Assembly: GCA_030429835.1 (NCBI GenBank)
Contig: JAUIGC010000002.1
Coordinates: 524-64,523, forward strand
Direction of reading: 5' to 3'
Source: Bacteroidia bacterium
GTDB taxonomy: Bacteria; Bacteroidota; Bacteroidia; Flavobacteriales; Flavobacteriaceae
Length of the DNA: 64,000 bases
Shown: one piece after another, positions 1 through 9,447 of the stretch
How positions within the stretch are numbered: the first letter of the stretch is position 1
How the letters are laid out: every line of letters starts with the position of its first letter
The notes under the pieces: generated by a model
Databases searched by the model: none
What the model saw: the letters and a program-made list of their open reading frames with translations, nothing else
Told to the model about the DNA's origin: nothing
Translations under genes and position numbers: made by a program

Positions 1-1
1 G

Positions 2-1042
2 GTTCTTACCTATTTAGGTCTTGAAAAAGTAGGTGGATGGGGCAGTCTGGTAGAAACCGTAAAGCCGGAATATTTGAATATGTGGAGACCACCTAGTGAC
101 CCGGATTTTCCTTGGCCTTCCTTGGTGATTTCAAGTACCATCGTGGGAATTTGGTATTGGTGTACCGACCAGTACATCGTGCAAAGGGCATTGACTGCAA
201 AAAATATAAAAGAAGGTAGAAGGGGAACCATTTTTGGGGCCGTTATGAAACTGATGCCTGTATTCCTGTTCCTAATTCCAGGGGTCATCGCCTTGGCTTT
301 AAAAATGAAGGGTGAATTACATTGGGACTCCCCGGATGAAGCATTCCCCGTTTTGATGAGTAATGTGTTGCCTTCTGGTTTGCGAGGTCTTGTAGCTGCC
401 GGTCTATTGGCTGCCTTGATGAGTTCATTGGCCTCTGTATTTAACTCGGTATCCACATTATTTACTGTAGATATTTATAAAAAATTAAGACCAAATACCC
501 CAGAAAAGAAATTGGTGCGTACAGGTCAGTTGGCCACTGTAGTAGTGGTTTTTATAGGTATTATTTGGATACCTATTATGGCGAATATTTCCGGGGTACT
601 TTATGAATATTTACAGAGCGTACAATCTTATATCGCCCCTCCGATTACTGCCGTGTTCCTTTTGGGTATTTTCCACAAGCGCATCAATGGATTGGGAGCT
701 TTTGCCACATTGATTATGGGTATCATAGTTGCTGCTATCCGAATCGTTTTGGAATTGATAAAAGGTGATTTGGATCCGGATGGATTTCTTTATAAAATGG
801 GCAGCATGAACTTTTTGACCTTTGGTGCTTGGTTCTTTTTGGTATGTGTGGTTTTTGCGGTGGTGACTAGTCTTTTTGCTCCGGCACCATCTGCAGAGAA
901 AGTGGCCAACTTAACCTTTGGAACCATTAGCGAAGAAGAAAAAAGTAAAAATAAAAATAGTTACAATTGGAAGGACATTGTTATCTCCATATTGGTTTTA
1001 GCAGTAGTTGTCGGTGTTATGATATTTTTCAATGGAAAGTAA
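2..1042 (+). CDS. Sodium:solute symporter (SSS/SLC5 family), 5'-truncated by the window edge
   Basis: Frame is open from the window start; WYWCTDQYIVQRAL and GLLAALMSSLASVFNS are SSS motifs; many TM helices. Confidence 0.9.
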   Translation, partial: VLTYLGLEKVGGWGSLVETVKPEYLNMWRPPSDPDFPWPSLVISSTIVGIWYWCTDQYIVQRALTAKNIKEGRRGTIFGAVMKLMPVFLFLIPGVIALALKMKGELHWDSPDEAFPVLMSNVLPSGLRGLVAAGLLAALMSSLASVFNSVSTLFTVDIYKKLRPNTPEKKLVRTGQLATVVVVFIGIIWIPIMANISGVLYEYLQSVQSYIAPPITAVFLLGIFHKRINGLGAFATLIMGIIVAAIRIVLELIKGDLDPDGFLYKMGSMNFLTFGAWFFLVCVVFAVVTSLFAPAPSAEKVANLTFGTISEEEKSKNKNSYNWKDIVISILVLAVVVGVMIFFNGK

Positions 1043-1085
1043 GTTATAACTTTTGGACTAGTCGAAATCCAGAAAAAGTAATTAG

Positions 1086-1118
1086 AAGCCAGGTCGGTCA
1101 AAAACCCCTGGCTTTTTT
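1086..1118 (+). terminator. Intrinsic terminator after the SSS gene
   Basis: aagccagg...cctggctt stem followed by a T-run. Confidence 0.6.
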
Positions 1119-1216
1119 ATTTTGGCGGAAAGGTTTTGAATATGAGAATAATCATGAGTTTAATCTTTTATTCTTAGTACTTTTAGGAAACAAGATTGAA
1201 ATCAAATCCACAGATT

Positions 1217-1657
1217 ATGAAACGTATATTGTCTCTTCTTTTATTTGCTGTAGCACTTTTCTTTTCCAATCCAGGTGCATATGGTCAGAAACAACTGGAT
1301 AAAGGAACTATTGAAGACTTACAAAAAACTCCCAAATATGCTTTTGTCCTTACAACGGAAAGGCATTTCAAAGGAGTGCTGAGCATGTATGACCTTTTGA
1401 TTGAAAACGGATTACAAATAGAGGAGTATGAGATTGTGGTCAAGGGTCTTGTCGTAAAAGAACTGATAAAGGATTCTGAGCTGGAAACCTTTTTTGAAAA
1501 ATATAAGGGAAAGGTAAAAGTCAGTGTTTGTAGTGTAGCTATGGAAAAACTGGGCGTGGAAGCAGAATCGCTTTTTGATGGTTTGGACATTACTCCAACT
1601 GCCTCGGTACGGATGCTTCAATTGCAGGCATTGGGATATAATACCCTGACGTATTAA
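1217..1657 (+). CDS. Secreted DsrE/DsrF-like protein
   Basis: Signal peptide from ATG 1217; EIVVKG...VSVCSVAM...LQALGY pattern of the DsrE-like fold. Confidence 0.6.
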   Translation: MKRILSLLLFAVALFFSNPGAYGQKQLDKGTIEDLQKTPKYAFVLTTERHFKGVLSMYDLLIENGLQIEEYEIVVKGLVVKELIKDSELETFFEKYKGKVKVSVCSVAMEKLGVEAESLFDGLDITPTASVRMLQLQALGYNTLTY

Positions 1658-2097
1658 CCAAAGAAGGAATATTTCTGATATAACTTTCTATAAGGCCTAG
1701 GTGAAAAGTGTTATTCAATGGCAATAGCGATTGGGTTAATTCACCTTTGACATTATCAGACATCCCTTATAATGTGCTTCCCTTATGGGTTAGAAGTAAA
1801 CAATTCCCAAATTATTTAAGGGTAAACTATCCATTTAGGAACCTTTATAAAATAATAGAAACAGATACGAAATTACTTTTTTAGAGATTCGAATCTTCAA
1901 ATTCTACGCTAAACCTGGTTGACCAAAAGATTTGGTAATAGCTTATTTTAAGCTTCTTGGAATGTTTGTATTTCCGGAGTGAAACCAAAGATTTGTCTAA
2001 GGCTAGTTGGGTAATGCAATTGCAATTCGGGATTACCTAGTATCGACTTTAACAAAAAGTTGTGTTTCATAAAGTAAAACATTAAGCATTCATGTTA

Positions 2098-2130
2098 TAT
2101 ATTTGTATATACAAATGTTGTATAGACATT
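2098..2130 (+). promoter_or_regulatory. Bacteroidetes -7 promoter element (TATATTTG) overlapped by a perfect 16-bp palindrome, probable repressor operator for yceI
   Basis: atttgtatatacaaat at 2101-2116 plus an imperfect copy (ttgtatagacat) immediately downstream. Confidence 0.55.
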
Positions 2131-2169
2131 AAATAAGATGAGTTTAATTTTTAAGAAATTTTAATTCAA

Positions 2170-2688
2170 ATGGAAAAAGCAAATAAATGGGTTATCGATC
2201 CCACACACTCTGAAGTTAGTTTTAAGGTAAAACACATGATGATCTCTACGGTCACTGGGCATTTTGAAAAATTTGATGCGACCATTGATACCGAGGACGA
2301 CGAATTTAACGACGCTTCTTTATCAGTGGAAATCAGCATTGATTCAATCAATACTAAAAACAAGGATAGGGATGGGCACCTAATGTCCGATGATTTCTTT
2401 AAAGCGGACGAATATCCTAAAATGAACTTTACCTCCAAGTCGTTCACCAAGGATAAAATTATAGGTGATTTGACCATACGTGATGTAACAAAGGAAGTTG
2501 CACTGGACGTTGATTTTAATGGTATTGCCGTAGATCCTTATGGTCAGACCAAAGCTGGTTTTGAAATTAGGGGAAGTATCAACAGAAAGGATTTCAACCT
2601 AACTTGGAGTGCTGTAACGGAAGCAGGAAATGTGGTAGTATCCGATCAGGTAAAAATGGTTATCGACGCCCAGTTTATCAAGCAATAG
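2170..2688 (+). CDS. yceI: YceI family lipid/polyisoprenoid-binding protein
   Basis: WVIDPTHSEVSFKVKHMMIS, RDGHL.S.DFF, GDLTIRDVTK, INRKDF motifs. Confidence 0.92.
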   Translation: MEKANKWVIDPTHSEVSFKVKHMMISTVTGHFEKFDATIDTEDDEFNDASLSVEISIDSINTKNKDRDGHLMSDDFFKADEYPKMNFTSKSFTKDKIIGDLTIRDVTKEVALDVDFNGIAVDPYGQTKAGFEIRGSINRKDFNLTWSAVTEAGNVVVSDQVKMVIDAQFIKQ

Positions 2689-2774
2689 GTTATTTGATAC
2701 TGCTTATATCATGGCAATCATGAAGGTGTTCTTCGCTTGAAGAATACAGACACCAGATAGCTTTAAACTATATT

Positions 2775-2813
2775 AAAATAAACCCCAAGCGGCGTAGCTT
2801 GGGGTTTATTTTT
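2775..2813. terminator. Bidirectional intrinsic terminator
   Basis: aaaataaaccccaagc-ggcgta-gcttggggtttatttt inverted repeat. Confidence 0.8.
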
Positions 2814-2851
2814 AATTTAGTAGAAAAGAATTTATAAAGGATTTTAGGCCG

Positions 2852-3204
2852 GTGACCTCAATAGGATTCGCTTCGCACCTCCCAAAAAAGCTTCGTAGTC
2901 TAAATGAAAAGCTCCAAACCTTTTGTTTAGTATCTTTTCTATTTTCACTTCGCTTATTGAACATGTTCAAAGCTTGTTCAAATAAAAAAGCCCGCCATAG
3001 GCAAGCTTTTCATTCTTATGTGACCTCGACAGGATTACCTTCGGTGTTCCTTTGAATCCCCTCCTGAAAATAGAAAATCCAATTGCTACGCAATTTCTTT
3101 TTGTTTCACTATGAATTTTAAAAACAGAGTTTTCAATTCTCAGTAAAACAAAAATCCATCACATTCGTGATGGATTTTCTGCTTTAAGTGACCTCGACAG
3201 GATT
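2852..3204 (-). repeat. tRNA-linked tandem array: copies of the tRNA-Arg 3' end at 2852, 3020 and 3188 (168-bp period)
   Basis: gtgacctcaataggatt (2852), gtgacctcgacaggatt (3020), gtgacctcgacaggatt (3188, the tRNA itself). Confidence 0.85.
3151..3178 (-). terminator. Terminator downstream of tRNA-Arg
   Basis: aaaatccatcac-attc-gtgatggatttt hairpin with A/T flanks. Confidence 0.75.
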
Positions 3205-3262
3205 CAAACCTGTAACCTTCTGAGCCGTAATCAGATGCGCTATTCAGTTGCGCCACGAGGCC
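3189..3262 (-). tRNA. tRNA-Arg(ACG)
   Basis: Reverse complement GGCCTCG...TCTGA-TTACGGC-TCAGA...GGTTTGAATCC...CGAGGTCA folds as a cloverleaf with anticodon ACG; CCA not encoded. Confidence 0.95.
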
Positions 3263-3342
3263 AATATTTCAATTTTCCCTAAAGCGGGGTGCAAATATAT
3301 TTCTTTTTACATTTACCACAAAATTAAGACCCTTTATAATCC

Positions 3343-3855
3343 ATGGATTTTAAAAGCTATATAAGAGATGTGCCAGATTTCCCAAAACCGGGAATCTTGT
3401 TTAAAGATATAACTCCCTTGTTACAGGATTATGCGGCTTTAAATAGTGCTGCCGATAATCTCATTGAAAACTTAACAAAGGGGAGTATAGATAAAGTCGT
3501 CGGTATGGAAAGTAGGGGATTTATTTTTGGACCTATGCTGGCGGACAGATTAGAAGCTGGATTCGTACCTGTTAGGAAACCTGGAAAATTACCTTATAAA
3601 ACCTTGAGCGAATCATATAATTTGGAGTATGGTACAGATACTTTGGAGATTCACGTGGACGGTATTGCCAAAGGAGATCGGATTTTAATACACGATGATG
3701 TTTTGGCGACAGGCGGAACTGCCTTGGCAACCACCAAATTGGTCGAAAAATTGGGAGGTATCATCGTGCAATGTAATTTTTTGATAGAACTCTCTTTTCT
3801 AAACGGAAGGGAAAAAATTAAACCTTTTGAGGTAAAATCCTTGATTACCTACTAA
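3343..3855 (+). CDS. apt: Adenine phosphoribosyltransferase
   Basis: DFPKPGILFKDITPLL, ESRGF, RKPGKLP, DDVLATGGT PRPP-binding motif. Confidence 0.97.
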   Translation: MDFKSYIRDVPDFPKPGILFKDITPLLQDYAALNSAADNLIENLTKGSIDKVVGMESRGFIFGPMLADRLEAGFVPVRKPGKLPYKTLSESYNLEYGTDTLEIHVDGIAKGDRILIHDDVLATGGTALATTKLVEKLGGIIVQCNFLIELSFLNGREKIKPFEVKSLITY

Positions 3856-4025
3856 TCCAAAGCGCGGGTAGTAACATAGTATCTCCATCCGATTATAGCC
3901 ATTTGGAATTTACTCGCCTTGGATAAATCCAGTTGTTTCCCTGAATAGGAGGGAAGTACAGCCTTATTCAACTTTGCCAGAAATTTAAAGAAACTTTTCT
4001 TCAAAACTTCGATTTTAACAAACAT
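3852..4025 (-). CDS. Small hypothetical protein (57 aa; alternative TTG start at 4004), missing from the ORF track
   Basis: Open frame MFVKIEVLKKSFFKFLAKLNKAVLPSYSGKQLDLSKASKFQMAIIGWRYYVTTRALD; its stop overlaps the apt stop; resembles a small Flavobacteriaceae family recalled from memory. Confidence 0.65.
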   Translation of the reverse strand: MFVKIEVLKKSFFKFLAKLNKAVLPSYSGKQLDLSKASKFQMAIIGWRYYVTTRALD

Positions 4026-4535
4026 ACGAAAAATGGCTGCATTCTAACCAGTAGTAATTGTTTGTGCTTTCCACTTTTAAAATGTTTCAGAATGTATGGT
4101 GTGTTTTATTTTAGGTTATATTGAAACCGGGCCCGGTTTTCACTTAGTTTCTAAAATTTACTCATAGATTGTACATTACAATGCTTATGATGAGGTATAA
4201 TATAAGTTTTAGTACGGTAATCATTTTTTAAAAATTTAGGTTATACAATTGTTGTTTTTAATGGATTGTTGAGGGAATATATATTGGAAATATATCTTCT
4301 TCCAAGAGTTTTTAGTTAAATCGATACAATTGAATACACATATGTAAGTTAAAAAATGATATATGTTATAATATTTTTTACTTAACCTAAGTATGGATAT
4401 CATATTATAAGTTAAAACACTCTTAAAGGTTTCACACCCTAATTTCTGTAGGGGGAAAAATCGAGAATTTTAAAAAGTGTAGGGGGATTTCATTAAAATT
4501 TAATCGCTTTTCGCCGATTTCATTTATTTGGGCAT

Positions 4536-4581
4536 AAAAAACCGATCCTCACTTAGTTTGCCCCAAGTGTAAAGATCGGTT
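4536..4581 (-). terminator. Long hairpin terminator of the blaI-blaR-like operon
   Basis: Minus strand aaccgatc-ttta-cactt-ggggcaaact-aagtg-ag-gatcggtt followed by a T-run. Confidence 0.65.
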
Positions 4582-4613
4582 CTAATTAAGTTGGCTTTTG
4601 AGTACTTTACTCT

Positions 4614-6305
4614 CTAGTTGGTGGATATTTCAATAACGCCATCCTTCGCTTCCTTTCCATATTTTTTTATGGCTCCATCTCCTTTTTTGACCTCCATGGA
4701 TTTAATGGTGCTCTTATCCAGTTTTTTTACATCGTCCATGGTACTTTTCTTTCCATTGATGAAGAACAAGGGTTTCTTGTCATCTTCCAGGTCCAAAAAG
4801 AAAAATCCTCCAGATTCCATTTCAATCAGTTCCATATCATGATCCTCATCGGTATCGGACTTGATAATAAAGTGTTTTTTGGAATCAGGAGCCGTTTCAC
4901 GGATTATGATTTTTTTTCCTGAGCTATGGCTATCATCACTATCTATAATTATATGGGTATTTTCCTCAACGTCGATATCCATCTCTTTTAGCTCTTCCTC
5001 CGTGGCTTCTTTGCCATTAATAATGACCTGTTTTTTACCGTTTATTTTCTTTACCACGATTTCTTTATTTTCATCATCGCCATCCATTTTATGTATCCAT
5101 ATACTGGAATGGTCCTTTTGATGAAGAACGCTGTTCTTTCCATTGCCTATGGAAATACTGTTGTTGTCCGTATCAATAAAAATATAGGTAGGGCTTATGG
5201 TGTCATTGTCAGATTGTGAATTATGGCTACTACTAAATTCCGCTCCTTTTTTTGTGCTGCCCGATACGTGTAGCGAAAGAGATGAAATCTCCCCCTTATC
5301 GTTTCTAACTGTGGTATAGGAAAGGTCGATATTATCCTTTTTTAAATCGGCTTTTATTTTCATGAGCTGTTCATCTGACGTGTTTTTGTCAATGACTAGT
5401 TCAATAATGTTGTCCGAGGATACTTTGTTGGTAGTTTCTTTGTAAACATACTCTGTCCTTACATTGAAACTGACCAAGAAAAGACCTAGAAGAGGTAAAA
5501 TGACTAAGCTCTTAAGAGCTTTAAGTTTGTGAGAGGGGTTTTGATTGATCATGACTATTCGTTTTTTGATTAATGAATTAAAAAATGGATTTGTAATTGC
5601 AAATTGATGATGGCCTACTGCCTGTTGTAGCATTAGATATTGGTAAAGTTTTTTGTTCTCCAGAAGTTTCATGGTTTGGGCATCCGCCAGAAATTCCAGA
5701 TTTTGTTTGATCAACATCTTATAAAGGAAGACTATGGGATTAAACCAAAAAATAATACACATAAGCTCCATGAACATAACATCTAAAGTATGATGCTGTC
5801 GTACATGGACCTTCTCATGGGTTAGGATAGGATGCAGTTCTTCCTCCTTAAATTGATTGGGACAATAGTATATGCTTTTAAAAAATGAGAAAGGTGCCAA
5901 ATCCGTGTCTGATTGAACGTGTGTGATATCATCTTCCTTAAAGGTTTGACTTGATTTCCTCACTTTTTTGATTGAATGTAACTGTAGCGCCAATTTTGAG
6001 GTAAAAAATAACAAACCCATGATGTACATTGGCAGCAGTAGTTCGGTCCAATTGAAGGAATCCCCTAGGTAGGTGGGATTAGTTTCAACAGAGCCTATGT
6101 TACCAGCAACAAGAGGTTGAATTTCAATACTCACCGTTTTTGTAATGGTGAAGAAGGGAAAAAGGATAGAAACGATAACTCCAATTAAGAGGTAGATACG
6201 GTTGCCTACGAAAAAGGTCTCCCTTCTCAGAAAAGCGTAGTACGACCCTAAAAATAATAGGGCTAAAGCGGTGGATTTTACAAGGTGCAATGCAATAGTT
6301 TCCAT
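4614..6305 (-). CDS. BlaR1/MecR1-like M56 metallopeptidase sensor with a C-terminal TonB-plug-like domain
   Basis: N-terminal TMs, HEKVH zinc motif, WFNP, NLEFLAD, LIKKRIVM; C-terminal PLFFINGK...YGKEAKDGVIEI. Confidence 0.88.
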   Translation of the reverse strand: METIALHLVKSTALALLFLGSYYAFLRRETFFVGNRIYLLIGVIVSILFPFFTITKTVSIEIQPLVAGNIGSVETNPTYLGDSFNWTELLLPMYIMGLLFFTSKLALQLHSIKKVRKSSQTFKEDDITHVQSDTDLAPFSFFKSIYYCPNQFKEEELHPILTHEKVHVRQHHTLDVMFMELMCIIFWFNPIVFLYKMLIKQNLEFLADAQTMKLLENKKLYQYLMLQQAVGHHQFAITNPFFNSLIKKRIVMINQNPSHKLKALKSLVILPLLGLFLVSFNVRTEYVYKETTNKVSSDNIIELVIDKNTSDEQLMKIKADLKKDNIDLSYTTVRNDKGEISSLSLHVSGSTKKGAEFSSSHNSQSDNDTISPTYIFIDTDNNSISIGNGKNSVLHQKDHSSIWIHKMDGDDENKEIVVKKINGKKQVIINGKEATEEELKEMDIDVEENTHIIIDSDDSHSSGKKIIIRETAPDSKKHFIIKSDTDEDHDMELIEMESGGFFFLDLEDDKKPLFFINGKKSTMDDVKKLDKSTIKSMEVKKGDGAIKKYGKEAKDGVIEISTN

Positions 6306-6664
6306 TATTTCTTCTTTTCTATAAGTTGAATGATTTCCTTTAGTTCTTCCACGGATATTTTCTCTTCTTTGGCGAAGTGGGATACCAGATTTTTGTAAGA
6401 GTCATCATAGTAGTCGGCAATAGCGTTGTTTACGAATTTTTTTCTATAATCCTCTTTAAGGACCAATGGAAAGTACCTATGCGTCTTGCCAAAAGCCTCA
6501 TGGCCTACATATTCTTTTTCCTCTAAATTTCGCACAATTGTGGAAAGCGTGTTGTAATGCGGTTTTTCTCCCTCGATTTCTTCCATGATTTCCTTTACAA
6601 AGGCCTTTTCCAAGCCCCAAAGGATTTTCATGACCTCTTCTTCCTTATTCGTTAATTTTTGCAT
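6305..6664 (-). CDS. BlaI/MecI/CopY family transcriptional repressor
   Basis: LTNKEEEVMKILW, HYNTLSTIVRNLEEK; 1-bp overlap with the M56 gene. Confidence 0.93.
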   Translation of the reverse strand: MQKLTNKEEEVMKILWGLEKAFVKEIMEEIEGEKPHYNTLSTIVRNLEEKEYVGHEAFGKTHRYFPLVLKEDYRKKFVNNAIADYYDDSYKNLVSHFAKEEKISVEELKEIIQLIEKKK

Positions 6665-6690
6665 GTGATGATTTTATGACTTCAAACCTA

Positions 6691-6748
6691 TAACTATTTT
6701 TATAGTTATGAAACTATTTTTACAGTTATTTAACGAAATTTTTAGTTT
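6691..6748. promoter_or_regulatory. Three tandem palindromic boxes (AACTA-N6-TAGTT consensus, 20-bp period), likely BlaI operators
   Basis: taactatttttatagtta (6691), aaactatttttacagtta (6711), taacgaaatttttagttt (6731), directly upstream of blaI. Confidence 0.65.
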
Positions 6749-6818
6749 ATCTATTTTAAAAGGGTGTCTGCATGTGCAACTAACCTTCTACCTTTATATT
6801 TGTAGGTAAACCTTACAT

Positions 6819-7757
6819 ATGCAAGATTTCCTCTTTGTACTCTTGGGATTAATATTATTAATAGCAGGGGGTAACTGGTTGTTAAAGTCGGCCGTGGATC
6901 TTTCCTTGAAGTTAAACATTCCCAAAATCGTTATCGGGATGACCGTGGTGTCCTTTGCCACTTCCGCACCTGAGCTTATCGTAAGTGTAAAGGCCGCATT
7001 GGATGGTTTTCCAGATTTGGCCCTGGGCAATGTTGTGGGATCGAACATTGCCAATTTGGGTTTGGTCCTGGCCGTAACCATCTTATTGAGCCCCATTGAT
7101 GTAAATAAAAGTTTCTATACCACGGATTGGCCGGTAATGATGGTGGCATCACTTTTATTTTTCTTCTTCGTTTATTTTGATGGGATCATAGAGAGGTATG
7201 AGGGATTGATCATGGTAATTTTTCTCTTTTTGTTTTTGGTCTATTTATTGCGATTTCAAAAGAAAGCTGTGGTTTCTGAGGATGAGGAAACTGTGGTCAT
7301 GTTGCCTTTGTATAAAACGGTCCTTTTTTTAGGTTTGGGTGGTGTTGCTCTCTGGGGCGGGTCAGAATTATTGATTCGAGGGGCCGTAGGTTTGGCCACT
7401 ACATTTGGGGTGAGCGAAAGGGTAATAGCCATTACCATAGTCTCCGTTGGAACAAGTATTCCAGAACTGGCCGCTTCCGTAATAGCGGTCCTTAAAAAGG
7501 AGAAAGCGATTTCCCTAGGAAATTTAATTGGTTCCAATATTTTCAACCTCTTGGCGGTACTGGGAATAACTTCGTTAATTACGCCTATTGAGGTCGTTGA
7601 TTCAAGACTTTTAACCAACGATATATTCTGGATGTTGGGAATCTCCTTTTTGATTCTTCCCTTGGTCTTTTTTCCGAAGGGATTGCGACTAGGTTGGAGA
7701 GATGGTATAATTCTTGTAGGAATTTATTTATCTTTCGTATATGTAACTATAGCATGA
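6819..7757 (+). CDS. Ca2+/Na+ antiporter (YrbG/CaCA family)
   Basis: Two alpha repeats ATSAPEL...GNVVGSNIAN and GTSIPEL...GNLIGSNIFN. Confidence 0.93.
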   Translation: MQDFLFVLLGLILLIAGGNWLLKSAVDLSLKLNIPKIVIGMTVVSFATSAPELIVSVKAALDGFPDLALGNVVGSNIANLGLVLAVTILLSPIDVNKSFYTTDWPVMMVASLLFFFFVYFDGIIERYEGLIMVIFLFLFLVYLLRFQKKAVVSEDEETVVMLPLYKTVLFLGLGGVALWGGSELLIRGAVGLATTFGVSERVIAITIVSVGTSIPELAASVIAVLKKEKAISLGNLIGSNIFNLLAVLGITSLITPIEVVDSRLLTNDIFWMLGISFLILPLVFFPKGLRLGWRDGIILVGIYLSFVYVTIA

Positions 7758-7761
7758 CTTC

Positions 7762-9357
7762 ATGATAACCAAACATTTATCCGTTATTGTTTACATAATA
7801 GGAATATTTGTTTGTTCTGCTCAGGAAAATAATTTCATTAGGGGAAAAATACTGGATAAAGAAACCAAAGAGCCCGTGGTCTTTGCAACAGTTCGTATTT
7901 TGGGGATGGCCAAGGGCGTTGTCACGAATATGGACGGTAGCTTTCGACTGCCAATGGACTTTAGGGAAAATGGCAAATCTATTGAGATTTCCTCAATGGG
8001 CTATTTTAAAAAAAAATTCGAGCTTCAAAAATTATCTCCCAAATCTGTTAATATCATTTATCTGGAAGCAGGAGTATTGAATCTTTCAGAGGCCATTGTG
8101 AGCGCCAAAAGAAAACGGGAGCCATCCGCCAGGCAAATTGTTCGTAGGGCTATTGAAAATATTCCAGTAAATTATCCTAATCATAATTTCTCCACATTGG
8201 GTTATTATCGGGACTATCAATTGGATAGTATTGGCTACACTAATCTGAACGAGGCTATATTGGAGATTTTTGATCGGGGGTTCAATGAGATTGATACGGC
8301 TACCACTAAAGTTCTAATTTATTATTATATACAGAATGGGGGGTTTAGGAGGGATACTGTTTCCGATAACCCATATAATTATAGGAAACGGGATAAGGTA
8401 ATTGATAATGCATTTATTCCCGGCTATGATGGAAATGAGTTATCCATTTTACGTGTACATGATCCAATCCGAAATTTTCGAATCAACAGTTTCGACTTTA
8501 TAAATAATATTGAGGAAGGTGACTTGGTTAAGAATCATTCATTTGAGCGTTTGACGGATACTTATTTAGATGGTGACCATTTGTATACCATTAAAATGAA
8601 AAGGAAATATCCCGGTTACTCAGCGCTGGGTAAACTTTATATAGGAAAGAGCAACTTTGCTATTTATAAATTGGATTATGCTTTATATGATGATAGTAAA
8701 GCCAATAGTGACAGTATACTGAGAAAACAAGGGATTAAGGGTAAAACTCTTCTTAAGGTGTCAATTGAATATAAAATTGGGGATAGTGAGAAAATGTATC
8801 CCAATTATATTTCTTTGAACAATACTTTTCAGTTAAAAATAGCTCCAAAATTTAAGGTTGATGAGACAATAGTATCCGCTCGGGATAATGCCTTTATTCT
8901 AACTTTTAACAATAAACTGGAGTCAGATAATAGTGTTGAGGACTTATCCAAATATCAATTTTGGTATAAAAACAAAAAAATTCATCTTAGGAAAGTTAGG
9001 AGAATGGATGAATATACAATATGGGCATATCCTGAATTGAATTCCAAGCAATTGAACGATATGTATAACAGACTTTTGGTCATGGACAGAAAAAGACAGG
9101 ACATTGGAAGCGTTTTTTGGTATAGAATATCAGATATAAGGGATAGCGACGGTAATTTGCTTAATTCTTGGACAACTAATGATTATATCCAATTTAGGGA
9201 ATACTTTGTTCAAGAAATAAAACCTAGTATCGGTCAACAAAAGGATTCCCTGTTTATGAAAAAGGATAGGCCATTGTTTGAAGATCAACCAATAAATAAG
9301 CCCGATAATTTCAAAGACTATTGGATGAATACACCTCTTCCCAAATTAAGTAATTAG
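7762..9357 (+). CDS. Secreted carboxypeptidase-regulatory-like domain protein, paralog 1 of 5
   Basis: Signal peptide; G.ILD.ET.EPVVFA...TN.DG.F...ISSMGY; shared GYYRDYQ, HDPIRN, QFREYFVQ, DYWMNTPL. Confidence 0.8.
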   Translation: MITKHLSVIVYIIGIFVCSAQENNFIRGKILDKETKEPVVFATVRILGMAKGVVTNMDGSFRLPMDFRENGKSIEISSMGYFKKKFELQKLSPKSVNIIYLEAGVLNLSEAIVSAKRKREPSARQIVRRAIENIPVNYPNHNFSTLGYYRDYQLDSIGYTNLNEAILEIFDRGFNEIDTATTKVLIYYYIQNGGFRRDTVSDNPYNYRKRDKVIDNAFIPGYDGNELSILRVHDPIRNFRINSFDFINNIEEGDLVKNHSFERLTDTYLDGDHLYTIKMKRKYPGYSALGKLYIGKSNFAIYKLDYALYDDSKANSDSILRKQGIKGKTLLKVSIEYKIGDSEKMYPNYISLNNTFQLKIAPKFKVDETIVSARDNAFILTFNNKLESDNSVEDLSKYQFWYKNKKIHLRKVRRMDEYTIWAYPELNSKQLNDMYNRLLVMDRKRQDIGSVFWYRISDIRDSDGNLLNSWTTNDYIQFREYFVQEIKPSIGQQKDSLFMKKDRPLFEDQPINKPDNFKDYWMNTPLPKLSN

Positions 9358-9447
9358 AAGTATTTGTTAAGGATGTGTTTTTGACATTTTCCATGGAATG
9401 ATTATTGTAGGTTTTTTCGTAACTTATTTCAACCATTGCCAAGTTTT

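Noticed and set aside
2852-3055. 67-aa ORF near the tRNA
   Set aside because: Spans the tRNA-derived repeat units, GTG start, no protein features
2852-3204. CRISPR array interpretation of the periodic repeats
   Set aside because: The repeat is the tRNA 3' end (17 nt), spacers are ~150 bp, and no cas genes are present
2852-3262. Prophage or genomic island integrated at tRNA-Arg
   Set aside because: The att-like copies are only 168 bp apart and no integrase or phage genes occur in the window; an island extending left of the window cannot be excluded
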